Source: Nitrosopumilus sp. (lineage in GTDB: Archaea; Thermoproteota; Nitrososphaeria; Nitrososphaerales; Nitrosopumilaceae). Taken from it: a stretch of DNA of 64,000 bases. Below the pieces are notes generated by a model. The model saw only the letters and a list, made by a program, of their open reading frames with translations. It ran no database searches and was not told where the DNA came from. Location of the stretch: the NCBI GenBank assembly GCA_965206745.1, contig OZ242220.1, positions 1,056,001-1,120,000 of the forward strand. The letters run 5' to 3'. Positions 37,905 to 47,381 of this stretch are shown piece after piece. A program made the position numbers and the translations under genes. Positions within the stretch are counted from its first letter, which is position 1. Each line of letters begins with the position of its first letter.

Positions 37905-40398
37905 CTTTGAACTCTTTTCTCATACGTCTGAGGAATTTGGAGTTGACTCTGATTCTTTCCAAAGTTTGAGACTGTGTACGCTCAGTTCCAGGAGTGGGAT
38001 TCTTTTTGAAAAATGCTCTGATTTCTTTCCCCATAGAGTCATCTGCAACAGATACAATGCTGGCCACGATTCTGTTAAAGAGGGGATTTCCATGTCCGAC
38101 TTTTTTGTTGAGGTTTTTCCAGTTTTTCTTTAGCCATGGCCACAGTACCTTCTTGCCGTATGGATTGGCAGCGACCTTCATGATGGGCAGTTGCATGTTT
38201 TGGGAACGGACTTGGGAGGTTTGGGAAAAGTCAAGTGATTTTAAGAGTAATTTCCTATCTTTAAAGCCACACAAGGCGCTTAGGAATCGAAGTTTCTCCT
38301 CCATGGTTTTTGCATTCTTGTAGAGTTTTGTTAGCTCAGAGTGGGTCTTTGAATCTCCGTTCCATGCGGCAATAGAGCATATCGGTTCTATCAAGTCAGG
38401 GGAAATTGAACTGGGGGATTTTAAGAATTTCTTGTATCTTCCTAGCGCCTCATCTGTGACCTCATCATCATTCATTTTGCCCAATACAGAAATTGCAAAT
38501 CCGCGCAATAACGCATCAGTGTGTTTATCAGATTTTTGCGGTTCCCATCCCAGATTGAACAGGATTTTTCTAAAGTAATTTACCGCATAGTCACGAATTT
38601 CTTCTGCAAACGGCTCATCAAATACGCGAAAATACAGGGATGCCAAGTTATGTGCGACATTAACTGATGCCAAGTAGCTGTCCTCATCAAAATATGCATC
38701 TGAAAAGTCAAGATAGTTGCGAACCTGTTCATCACCTGAGACACACAGTGAGAACAAGTCATTTTGGATTGCCCATCTGTCAATTGCAGGAATGCGTTTT
38801 TCATCCACTAGCATCTTCAAGTCAAGCAAAATACCCTCATCATATTTTACGCGATAGAATCCCTTGCGCCCATAATTTGCAACAAAGCCCAAAGTGTTCC
38901 TTGGCAGTTTGACGGACATTGATTTTGCAGTGAACAGCTTTTGTGAAATCTCAGATTCCAATCCCAAGGACATCGGAATGGACCACAGACCCCTGCTGAA
39001 TTTTTGGTCAGGCTCTAAAAGATACCTTTTCTGTCTTAGTTTCAGGATATCCCCGTCCTGACCCACCTCAACAAGAGGGAATCCAGGTTGCTTTAGCCAA
39101 GTATTAACCATGGATAAGACAGGCATTTTTGATGCCTTTCCAATAGCGTTCCACAAATCCTGTCCCTTTGCATTCTGATATTTGAAATCAGAGAGATACT
39201 TTTTGAGTCCCTTTTGAAAGTTTGGCTCGCCAACATAGTGCTCAAGCATTCGAAGAATACATCCGCCCTTATCATATGAGATAGCATCAAAGATCTCACG
39301 GATTTCAGCAGGAGAGTTTACTTGCACATCAATTGGATGTGTAGTTTTGAGGGAATCAAGGCCCATTGCGACATTCATTGCATCCTCTACGAACTGGTTC
39401 CACAGATCCCATTCGGGGTAGAACTTGTCAACAAACTTTGTTGCCATAAAAGTTGCAAAGCTCTCGTTGAGCCACAGATCATTCCACCATTTCATGGTAA
39501 CAAGATTTCCAAACCACTGGTGTGCAATCTCATGTGAGATTACTTCTGCGATGAACTGTTTGGTCCTAGTCGATGATGTTTTAGGATCATAAAGCAGTAT
39601 GGTCTCCCTGAATGTGATTGCACCCCAGTTCTCCATAGCGCCTGCTGCAAAGTCGGGAACTGCAATCAGATCCAATTTGGGCAGAGGATATTTTATTCCA
39701 AAGTATTTTTCATAGGATGTCAAAAGCTTCTTGCCCAAGTCCAGCGAGAACTTGCCTTTGGAACTGTTGCCCCTTGTAGTTATCACCCTGACCTGTATCT
39801 TTCCAACCCTGCCTGTAAGATATTCAAATTCTCCAACTCCAAGATAGATCAAATATGTTGAAACCATAGGGGTCTTTGAAAAATGGTAGACGGTTTTGTT
39901 GCCAAGTTTTTTCTTTGATTTAATCGGCATGTTGGAGATTGCAGTGAATTTGTTATCTGCAATTATTGAAATCTCAAAAGTTGCCTTGGCCTCAGGCTCA
40001 TCCCAGCACGGAAACGCACGTCTGGCATCTGCTGCTTCAAACTGGGTGGTTGCAAGATACTTGGTCTTTCCGTTTTGGGTGTATTGGCTGCGATAGAATC
40101 CAAGCAGCCTATCATTGAGAATTCCCTGAAATTCCAAATCAACGGTAATCCTTCCCCTGACTTTTTGAGATAACCTAATTTCTAATTCTTCTTTTTTCTC
40201 ACTAGTTCTAGTAGAAGACTTTATGATGCTGCCTTTGAATGTCACCTGGCATGAAATAATCTTCAGTTCAGCGCAATGCATCGAGATGAGATCCGTTGAT
40301 TTTTTGCAATCAGCGGTGATGGACTCTGTTCCAGCAAAGGTGAATTCCTTGAGATCCGGCTCAAAAGTTAGCTTGTAATTAATCGGATTTACATCCAT
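37897..40398 (-). CDS. M1-family aminopeptidase
   Basis: TQFE, GAMENWG, HEIAHQWFG...WLNESFA and YDKG motifs. Confidence 0.96.
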   Translation of the reverse strand: MDVNPINYKLTFEPDLKEFTFAGTESITADCKKSTDLISMHCAELKIISCQVTFKGSIIKSSTRTSEKKEELEIRLSQKVRGRITVDLEFQGILNDRLLGFYRSQYTQNGKTKYLATTQFEAADARRAFPCWDEPEAKATFEISIIADNKFTAISNMPIKSKKKLGNKTVYHFSKTPMVSTYLIYLGVGEFEYLTGRVGKIQVRVITTRGNSSKGKFSLDLGKKLLTSYEKYFGIKYPLPKLDLIAVPDFAAGAMENWGAITFRETILLYDPKTSSTRTKQFIAEVISHEIAHQWFGNLVTMKWWNDLWLNESFATFMATKFVDKFYPEWDLWNQFVEDAMNVAMGLDSLKTTHPIDVQVNSPAEIREIFDAISYDKGGCILRMLEHYVGEPNFQKGLKKYLSDFKYQNAKGQDLWNAIGKASKMPVLSMVNTWLKQPGFPLVEVGQDGDILKLRQKRYLLEPDQKFSRGLWSIPMSLGLESEISQKLFTAKSMSVKLPRNTLGFVANYGRKGFYRVKYDEGILLDLKMLVDEKRIPAIDRWAIQNDLFSLCVSGDEQVRNYLDFSDAYFDEDSYLASVNVAHNLASLYFRVFDEPFAEEIRDYAVNYFRKILFNLGWEPQKSDKHTDALLRGFAISVLGKMNDDEVTDEALGRYKKFLKSPSSISPDLIEPICSIAAWNGDSKTHSELTKLYKNAKTMEEKLRFLSALCGFKDRKLLLKSLDFSQTSQVRSQNMQLPIMKVAANPYGKKVLWPWLKKNWKNLNKKVGHGNPLFNRIVASIVSVADDSMGKEIRAFFKKNPTPGTERTQSQTLERIRVNSKFLRRMRKEFKDG

Positions 40399-40430
40399 AT
40401 TTTCTGTACTTTGTATGCACTTTAAGAAGA

Positions 40431-41333
40431 TTATTCTTTTGAGGAATGGTCTGCCTTGAGGCCTTTGTAGCGATTTCGTATTGTTACCTCAGTTACCCCT
40501 GCAGCTTCTGCAAGGTCCCGTTGTGTGATTGATACGCCATTCTTTACACATGACAAGTAAAGCGCAGTTGCTGCCAGCCCCATAGGATCCTTTCCGGCTG
40601 ATTCCTTGCGTTCTTGCGCCTCTTTGAGTACCTTGACGGCATATCGTTTTGTTTTTTCAGATATCTCAAGTTTGCTTGAGATTCTTGCAATGCATTGGAT
40701 AGAGTCAACCACAGGCATTTTCAGTTCCAACTCATGATGTAATAGCCTATAGCATCTTGCAATGTCTTTACGTTTAACATTTGCAGCATCTGCAACATCT
40801 TTTAGGGTTCGTGGCGTTTCAGTGTCTCTGCATGCAGCATAAAGGGAGGCTGCAATCATTGCAGAGATTGATCTTCCACGGACTAGTTTTTTCTCCAGTG
40901 CCTTTCTGTAAATGTAAGCTGCCTTTTCTAAAACATTTGCAGGAATTGCAACCTTGTCTTTTAACTTGTTCAAGTCGCTCAGGGCCTGTCTTAGATTCCT
41001 GTCAACTGGCGCGTGAACTTGGCTTCTGCTATCCCATGTTCTGAGTCTCTCAATTGTGCTTTTCATAGATGTTGAAAGAGGCTTGCCAGATGCGTCTTTG
41101 TTTAACGGGTTAATCACGGTGGACAATCCCATGTCATGGATCATAAGCGAGGAGGGGGCACCAGTTCTTGCAGGATCTGCACCGCCATCCTTTTGAAATG
41201 ATCTCCACTCAGGACCAGACTCTTGGGTCTTTTCAGTAATCACATATCCGCATTTTCCACAAAACTGCTCGCCTGTAACTTCATCAGTCAGAAGAGAGTT
41301 TTTCCCGCAGCGGGCACATGTGGGAGTGTCCAT
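40431..41333 (-). CDS. tfb: Transcription initiation factor IIB (TFB paralogue 1)
   Basis: Zn ribbon CARC...CGKCG, GPEWRSF B-reader and cyclin repeats (GKDPMGLAA, VTEVTIRNRY). Confidence 0.96.
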   Translation of the reverse strand: MDTPTCARCGKNSLLTDEVTGEQFCGKCGYVITEKTQESGPEWRSFQKDGGADPARTGAPSSLMIHDMGLSTVINPLNKDASGKPLSTSMKSTIERLRTWDSRSQVHAPVDRNLRQALSDLNKLKDKVAIPANVLEKAAYIYRKALEKKLVRGRSISAMIAASLYAACRDTETPRTLKDVADAANVKRKDIARCYRLLHHELELKMPVVDSIQCIARISSKLEISEKTKRYAVKVLKEAQERKESAGKDPMGLAATALYLSCVKNGVSITQRDLAEAAGVTEVTIRNRYKGLKADHSSKE

Positions 41334-41468
41334 TTAGAAACCATCCCAGTTTTTTTGAGAACTCGCAATTGGGGCAATAGGCAAAATATGATATTCAGGC
41401 ATGCTTTAGACGAAACTCTCATCTATAAGAAGGATGAGTATTTTCGCAAAGGACACGTGCTTTCCAAG

Positions 41469-41729
41469 TCACATGACTGCATTTATTTCAGGTTCGGACA
41501 TTCCACCATAACCGGGATCAATAGTTTGTTTAGGATTCAGAGAGGTATCATGATGACATGCTTTATTACAAACAGGACAAAATTTTCTATCAAGCACAAT
41601 GCATTGGCAGATGTGATTTTTCAGATATGATTGTGCCGCTTGGTTCCACTCCCCAGTCCCGTTACAATAAACACATACACGGGTAGAAGAACCCACACCC
41701 TTGCAGAAATCACAGACATCCTCAGTCAT
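41469..41729 (-). CDS. Small Cys-rich protein with two DnaJ-like CxxCxGxG motifs
   Basis: CDFCKGVG, CVYCNGTG, then HICQC...CPVC...CHH. Confidence 0.78.
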   Translation of the reverse strand: MTEDVCDFCKGVGSSTRVCVYCNGTGEWNQAAQSYLKNHICQCIVLDRKFCPVCNKACHHDTSLNPKQTIDPGYGGMSEPEINAVM

Positions 41730-41830
41730 ATCTTACCGTCACTATTGAAGTATGAATCAATATATTTGAAGAGGTGAACAGATGCGAATCAAATAAAGCT
41801 TTTAAAATATCCCAAAATACAACCATAATC

Positions 41831-42253
41831 ATGAAGCAAAAGACCGCATCCCGCAGTATCAAAATTTTGGTGGCCAAACTAGGACTAGATGGCCACGACA
41901 GGGGCGCCCTAGTGTTATGCAGGGCATTTAGAGATGCAGGAATGGAGGTGATCTATTCAGGCCTTTTTGCCACACCAGACAGAATTGCACAGATTGCAGA
42001 GGATGAGGACGTCGATGCAATTGCAATGAGTCTGCTCAACGGGGCTCATGGAACACTGTTTCCAAGAGTAGTCAAGACACTACAAAAGAAAGGAATCAAG
42101 GATGTTTTGATAGTAGGAGGTGGAGTGATTCCAGAAATTGACCATGATGAACTTGTCAAATCAGGAGTTGACCACGTGTTTGGCCCAGGTACACCATTGC
42201 CAACAATCATCGATCACATCACAACCGGTGTTTCTAAATTAAGAAAAATATAA
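41831..42253 (+). CDS. Methylmalonyl-CoA mutase, small (cobalamin-binding) subunit
   Basis: KLGLDGHDRGA (DxHxxG B12 motif), GGGVIP and FGPGT; ATG 41831. Confidence 0.95.
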   Translation: MKQKTASRSIKILVAKLGLDGHDRGALVLCRAFRDAGMEVIYSGLFATPDRIAQIAEDEDVDAIAMSLLNGAHGTLFPRVVKTLQKKGIKDVLIVGGGVIPEIDHDELVKSGVDHVFGPGTPLPTIIDHITTGVSKLRKI

Positions 42254-42260
42254 GAAAAAA

Positions 42261-43259
42261 TTATTCTGTGGAATCAGGCCACATCATTTTACGCATTTCT
42301 TTGCCAACCTTTTCAATTTGGTGCTGATCATATACTTTCATGTGCTTGTCAAATGCATCCTTGCCGTTTTTCTGATATTCAGAGATCCACTCGCTGTTGA
42401 AGGTTCCATCCTGAATCATGGTGAGGACCTTTTTCATGTTTGCCTTACTTGCAGAATCCATAACCATAGGTCCACGGGTCAATCCGCCATATCTTGCAGT
42501 TTCGCTTACACGTCTCCACATTCCATTGATTCCGTATCTCTGAATCATATCTACGATGAGTTTGAGTTCATGCAGAACTTCAAAGTATGCAATCTCTGGC
42601 TGGTATCCTGCTTCAACAAGAGTCTCAAATGCGTTTGTGACCATAGACGCTGCTCCGCCACAAAGGTCTGCTTGCTCACCAAACCAATCAGTCTCCACTT
42701 CCTCTTTGAAAGCAGTCTTGATTAATCCGGCCCTTGCACTTCCGATTGCTTTTGCAATTCCCAGTGTCCTATCCCAAGCTTTTCCTGTAAAATCCTGTTC
42801 AACTGCAACAATTGCAGGAGTGCCAAAATTATCAAGGTATGTCTCCCTGACTTTGGAGCCGGGGCCCTTTGGGGCAACCATGATTAGATCAACATTGCTT
42901 GGCGCCTCAATCCACTTCCAATAGATTGCGGCTGCGTGAGAAAATGACAGTGCCTTTCCATCTGAGAGATTTGGTCCGATTTCATCTTTGTACACTTGGC
43001 CCTGAATCATGTCAGGGATCAATATGTGGACAATGTCTGCCTGTTTTGTCGCATCTGCAACAGACATCACTTTGTGACCATCAGATTCAGCCTTTTTCCA
43101 GCTGTTACCGCCTTCTTTAAGACCGATTATCACATTCAAGCCAGAGTCTTTCATGTTGTTTGCCTGCGCATCACCTTGAATTCCATAACCAATTACAGCA
43201 ACGGTTTGATCCTTGATTGGATCAAGACTGATATCGGCATCTTTCCATGTCTTTGCCAT
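42261..43259 (-). CDS. ilvC: Ketol-acid reductoisomerase
   Basis: VIGYGIQG, APKGPG, EVETDWFGEQ and SETARYG motifs. Confidence 0.96.
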   Translation of the reverse strand: MAKTWKDADISLDPIKDQTVAVIGYGIQGDAQANNMKDSGLNVIIGLKEGGNSWKKAESDGHKVMSVADATKQADIVHILIPDMIQGQVYKDEIGPNLSDGKALSFSHAAAIYWKWIEAPSNVDLIMVAPKGPGSKVRETYLDNFGTPAIVAVEQDFTGKAWDRTLGIAKAIGSARAGLIKTAFKEEVETDWFGEQADLCGGAASMVTNAFETLVEAGYQPEIAYFEVLHELKLIVDMIQRYGINGMWRRVSETARYGGLTRGPMVMDSASKANMKKVLTMIQDGTFNSEWISEYQKNGKDAFDKHMKVYDQHQIEKVGKEMRKMMWPDSTE

Positions 43260-43479
43260 GAAGCGTTTCCATCAGCGCCCTTTTTTATGCTTACTGCCCA
43301 GGCCGTGGCTGACTCAGACAGACATATTTTGTAGCATCTGCCACCCAAATGATTTTTTAAAATTTTCTAGGATATTTGCAGGGTTGGCAAAAACAAGTTG
43401 CACCACAACACCTGTTTTGGGCGCTCAGAAAAACGATACAGTCATCAGGCCCAAATCAACTCATTGCCCCTACGATAAA

Positions 43480-43602
43480 TCATAGTTCAATTATCTTATC
43501 ACACAGACGACATTTCACTGTGACCTTCCTGCCAGGAAGCCGAACAAATCTCTTTGAGCCGCATTGTGGACAGATAGGACAAGCACGTAATGGTTCACCC
43601 AT
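43480..43602 (-). CDS. CPxCG-type Zn-ribbon microprotein, 40 aa (not in ORF track)
   Basis: Manual translation: MGEPLRACPICPQCGSKRFVRLPGRKVTVKCRLCDKIIEL. AT-rich TTTAATTAAA element about 20-30 nt upstream. Confidence 0.75.
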   Translation of the reverse strand: MGEPLRACPICPQCGSKRFVRLPGRKVTVKCRLCDKIIEL

Positions 43603-43636
43603 GTTCAATGAGATTCTTGGATTTAATTAAATTGCA

Positions 43637-44557
43637 CTATTGAATTGGGCCGCTGCCAAGAATCCTAATGGTTGTGGATTCTGGTTTCAAAACGACAGCA
43701 ATCTGTCCTTTCTTGCACACGATCGGTTTTTCAAATGTTAGTTTCAGGGGGGATATTGATGAGAATTTTGCGGCCTTGATCTGCAACCCAATACTAACTA
43801 GGCAACCCTGATTTTCTGCAATATCATTTTTGTAAAAAGGACTCTTTTGGAAATCAAGCTCGACTTTGATTTTAACATCAACTGCGCCTTCTGCAGATAT
43901 TACATCCCCACGACTCACCTCATCAGGTTTGACCCCCTTTACTGCCAGACCGACTCTTGCAGGACATATAGACTCACTTACAGGATCATCGTGCATTTGT
44001 ATGGATTTGATTAGGATGTCAATTCCAGCAGGGTATAATTTCAGATTATCATATTGTTTCACAGTGCCGTTTGTCACCTTGCCAAGAATGACTGTTCCAA
44101 CTCCCTTTACGTCAAAACAGTGATCAATTACCATCTCGGGCGGATCTTGGTTTGTGACAGGCTCCAGTTTATCCATCGCTTCTTTGATTTTATCCTGATC
44201 AACTTTTGCATAATTTTCAACAACAGTTCCTTTAATCATCATTTCCAGCTTTGATTCATCAACATCAAAGGTATGGGATAGAATTCCTTTCTCTTTTTTT
44301 AGCGAGTCAAGTGCTATAATTTGTTCGCCAGTAAATTTGTCTAGTTTATCAACATGCAAAATAACATACTCTGCCAAATTAATTGCCTGAAACAAGGGCT
44401 GAATCTTATCTGGAAATCCAGTGGGAGCAACCCAGGTTTTAATTATATCTGACTCCTTTCTGTCATATACAGTGAGATCAGTCTCTGTTCCTTTCTTTCC
44501 AAACTCTGATGCAATGTCTTGCTTTCCTAAAACCACAAAATTTACTGATCTGACCAT
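43637..44557 (-). CDS. SelB/EF-Tu domain II-containing protein with degenerate G domain (archaeal SelB-like)
   Basis: IDHCFDVKGVGTVILG, IKSIQMHD, RVGLAVKG, SRGDVI and C-terminal RILGSG; no GxxxxGKT P-loop. Confidence 0.85.
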   Translation of the reverse strand: MVRSVNFVVLGKQDIASEFGKKGTETDLTVYDRKESDIIKTWVAPTGFPDKIQPLFQAINLAEYVILHVDKLDKFTGEQIIALDSLKKEKGILSHTFDVDESKLEMMIKGTVVENYAKVDQDKIKEAMDKLEPVTNQDPPEMVIDHCFDVKGVGTVILGKVTNGTVKQYDNLKLYPAGIDILIKSIQMHDDPVSESICPARVGLAVKGVKPDEVSRGDVISAEGAVDVKIKVELDFQKSPFYKNDIAENQGCLVSIGLQIKAAKFSSISPLKLTFEKPIVCKKGQIAVVLKPESTTIRILGSGPIQ

Positions 44558-44610
44558 GAATCTTGATTAAAACTGGATCTTATGAAGTTTTGAATTTTTA
44601 AATCATACAT

Positions 44611-44727
44611 TCAGTGTTTGTGTTTTTTTATACAGCTATCACAAAATTCAGAACCGCATTGATCACATGAGACGAGTTGTCCTGGCCTGTATCCGGCAAA
44701 GCACTCGTCGCAGTTAGTACCATTCAT
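44611..44727 (-). CDS. B-box/AN1-like Zn-finger microprotein, 38 aa (not in ORF track)
   Basis: Manual translation: MNGTNCDECFAGYRPGQLVSCDQCGSEFCDSCIKKHKH (C-x2-C-x11-C-x2-C-x4-C-x2-C-x3-H-x-H). Confidence 0.75.
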   Translation of the reverse strand: MNGTNCDECFAGYRPGQLVSCDQCGSEFCDSCIKKHKH

Positions 44728-44936
44728 GAAGCATTTTAGAGAACCCAATCTAAAAATCATTCTAGTCAGAGACATTCAGAAAAAGGTCTAGCGACATTGT
44801 GCTTTTCATCGAAAATGCAGAGACTGCCCAAGATGGACTCATTCCCATGAATCCATGCCTAACTTTACAAGAGTACGAGTTTAATTTTTCATATAAAGAC
44901 CAACGTACGAATTACACAATACCGATGAGATGAGGA

Positions 44937-45686
44937 TCAGGGGTACGAATTGAGAACCTGAGCATAGCTTGCAAAACGATGGTTTTTGGGCTTTACCAAT
45001 TTTTGACGGTATTTTCTTATTGGTTTGCCAGTTGCTCCGTTTAGCCCAAGTGGGCCTTTAACGTACTTTTTGGCATCGGCCATCAAAAGAACCTCGTCCT
45101 TTGGGGCATAGTGGTTTACTATTTTTGATTTGACCACAGTCTGAAGAATCTTGCCGTATTTTTTTGAGGATGGGACATCCTCGGTGATTGATGCGCCAAA
45201 GAGATACACGCCCTCTACAACTCCAGCATCTTGTCTCTTTGCAAGATATTCCAGAGTACTCAGAATCACTTGTGAGCCCAGAGAGTGGCCCATCAGCCTT
45301 ATCTTTGTTTTAGGGCTGATTGTTTTGAAATCCTCAATAAACGTGCCAAGATTTTTTCCATTTTTGATTGCAATTTTTTGCCCAACTGCAAGTGCATGCT
45401 TTTCATGCTTGAACAAATGAGCGCCGGTGGTGTTTGAATCATAACTATATCCTATTACAGGGTGGTCATATCCCAATTTATGCAATTGTCTTTTAGCTAG
45501 AGCAACTTTTGCAATTGCACCGGCATTATCATTTCTCAACCCGTGAATCATGATAGTGAGTTCGTGAGAGCCGACCAGTTTTTTAAAATCACTTTTTGGG
45601 TATACATAATATGAGTTATTTTTTAGCGTCTTTCCATCGGAAAGATCATAGTAGCCCCTTGTGGAAATTCTTGGAATGGGCCTCAT
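44937..45686 (-). CDS. Alpha/beta hydrolase
   Basis: IHGL oxyanion motif, GHSLG nucleophile elbow and a C-terminal His (NHRFASY). Confidence 0.85.
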   Translation of the reverse strand: MRPIPRISTRGYYDLSDGKTLKNNSYYVYPKSDFKKLVGSHELTIMIHGLRNDNAGAIAKVALAKRQLHKLGYDHPVIGYSYDSNTTGAHLFKHEKHALAVGQKIAIKNGKNLGTFIEDFKTISPKTKIRLMGHSLGSQVILSTLEYLAKRQDAGVVEGVYLFGASITEDVPSSKKYGKILQTVVKSKIVNHYAPKDEVLLMADAKKYVKGPLGLNGATGKPIRKYRQKLVKPKNHRFASYAQVLNSYP

Positions 45687-45688
45687 AT

Positions 45689-47344
45689 TTATCCAGATGG
45701 CCCTAGCTGATTTTTGTGTTTTTCTATATCAGATTCCTCTACTTTGGCAAATATCGGGAAGGCATCACCCAACACGTGGTTGGGCAGGATGCTCAACTGG
45801 GACATATCATTCCACGAAGACTGGTTTGCCGCCCCATCTAGTCCCAGCTGTTCCCAGATTTTTTGTGAGGATTCAGGCAAAAAGGGGATAAGGGCTATGG
45901 ATAGTGCCCTTGCAGCATTCACAGAAAGGTACACGCAGTTTGCAGCATCAAGGCCCTTTTTCCAAGGCTCTTTGTGCTGAAAGTACTGGTTGAAGAAAGA
46001 TGAGAACTCCATGATTCTTTTCAGGGCCCTATCAAGATGATTCTGCTCCACAAGTGCACCCACATCAGATGCAAGATTCCTTATTTTTTGCTCAGCCTCG
46101 GAATCTTTCTCATCAAAAGAGTCATGCTCTGGAACTTTGCCATCAAAAGCCTTTTTGGTAAATCCAAGCGCCCTGTTTACAAAATTTCCAAGATTCCCGA
46201 TTAATTCGGAATTGATTCTCGTTGTAAAGTCATCCCAATCAAAATTGAGATCAGCTTGAGAGTAGGGATTGATAGAGACAAGATAGTAACGGAGATAGTC
46301 AGCAGGATAGTACTCTAGGAATTGTCTCAGTCCGATATACCAATTCCTGCTTTTGGAGATCTTTTTTGATTGCAAAGTCAGATGTCCCCGGGTTGGAATG
46401 TAGTCAGGAAGCTTGTATTCAGAATCAATTCCCAATCTCATTGCAGGCAAGAAAAGATAGTGGTGGTACACGATGTCTTTGCCGATGAAATGATAAATGT
46501 CAGCAGAGTTCCAAAATTCTTTTCCGTCGATTCCCTTATCGTTAAGAAATTTCATTGCAGTTGAGATGTATGCCAAATGGTTGTCAAACCAACCATAAAA
46601 GACCTTGCCCTGAGCACCATCAAGGGGTACCGGAACACCCCAAGAGATATCTCGCGTGATATCCCAATCAATCAGGCCGGATTTGATCCAATTTTGAACG
46701 TATTTTTTGACATCTTTTTGCAGATGGATATTTTCATCCAGCCATTTTGTTAGTTGGTCGCCAAAGTTTTTGAGTTTGAAAAAATAATGTTTTGTTTTTT
46801 CTTTGGTAGGAGGCTGCCCACACAAAGAACATCTCGGATCAGTGATCTCCTCAGGAACACGGCCACAGTCTTCACAGAGATCAGAGTACTGGTCTTGGGC
46901 ATCACAGTACGGGCAGATGCCTTTCACATATCTGTCAGGCAGGAATTTTTTGTCGTTATTACAGTAGAACTGGATTATCTCTTTTTCATAAATATGTCCA
47001 GAGTCATTTAGTTTCTTAAACACATCCTGAACAAACTCAATATTTTCAGCAGAACTTGTTTTGTAGAAATAGTCAAATGCAATGTTAAATGCGGAAAAAT
47101 CATCATAGTCTCTTTTATTCCAGTGGGCCACGTATTCGGCCGGAGTCTTTCCCTCCTTTTCTGACTGGATTAGAATTGGCGTTCCAAAATCATCAGATGC
47201 ACAGACATAATACGCCTCAACTCCATTTAGCTTTAAGAATCGAGTGGTCACATCTGCAGGAAGGTATGTTGATGCAACATGCCCCAAATGAATCTCTCCG
47301 TTTGCATAGGGCAAGGCGCTTGTAATGATAGCTTTTTTGTTCAT
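45689..47344 (-). CDS. metG: Methionine--tRNA ligase
   Basis: ALPYANGEIHLGH, two Zn knuckles, GKDIVYHH and KISKS motifs. Confidence 0.97.
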   Translation of the reverse strand: MNKKAIITSALPYANGEIHLGHVASTYLPADVTTRFLKLNGVEAYYVCASDDFGTPILIQSEKEGKTPAEYVAHWNKRDYDDFSAFNIAFDYFYKTSSAENIEFVQDVFKKLNDSGHIYEKEIIQFYCNNDKKFLPDRYVKGICPYCDAQDQYSDLCEDCGRVPEEITDPRCSLCGQPPTKEKTKHYFFKLKNFGDQLTKWLDENIHLQKDVKKYVQNWIKSGLIDWDITRDISWGVPVPLDGAQGKVFYGWFDNHLAYISTAMKFLNDKGIDGKEFWNSADIYHFIGKDIVYHHYLFLPAMRLGIDSEYKLPDYIPTRGHLTLQSKKISKSRNWYIGLRQFLEYYPADYLRYYLVSINPYSQADLNFDWDDFTTRINSELIGNLGNFVNRALGFTKKAFDGKVPEHDSFDEKDSEAEQKIRNLASDVGALVEQNHLDRALKRIMEFSSFFNQYFQHKEPWKKGLDAANCVYLSVNAARALSIALIPFLPESSQKIWEQLGLDGAANQSSWNDMSQLSILPNHVLGDAFPIFAKVEESDIEKHKNQLGPSG

Positions 47345-47381
47345 CAGACACTAGTTAACTGCTAGATCGAGGTTAAGAAGT

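Noticed and set aside
43637-44557. Selenocysteine incorporation system
   Set aside because: The SelB-like protein lacks the GTPase P-loop, and I saw no selD, tRNA-Sec or in-frame UGA selenoprotein in the window.
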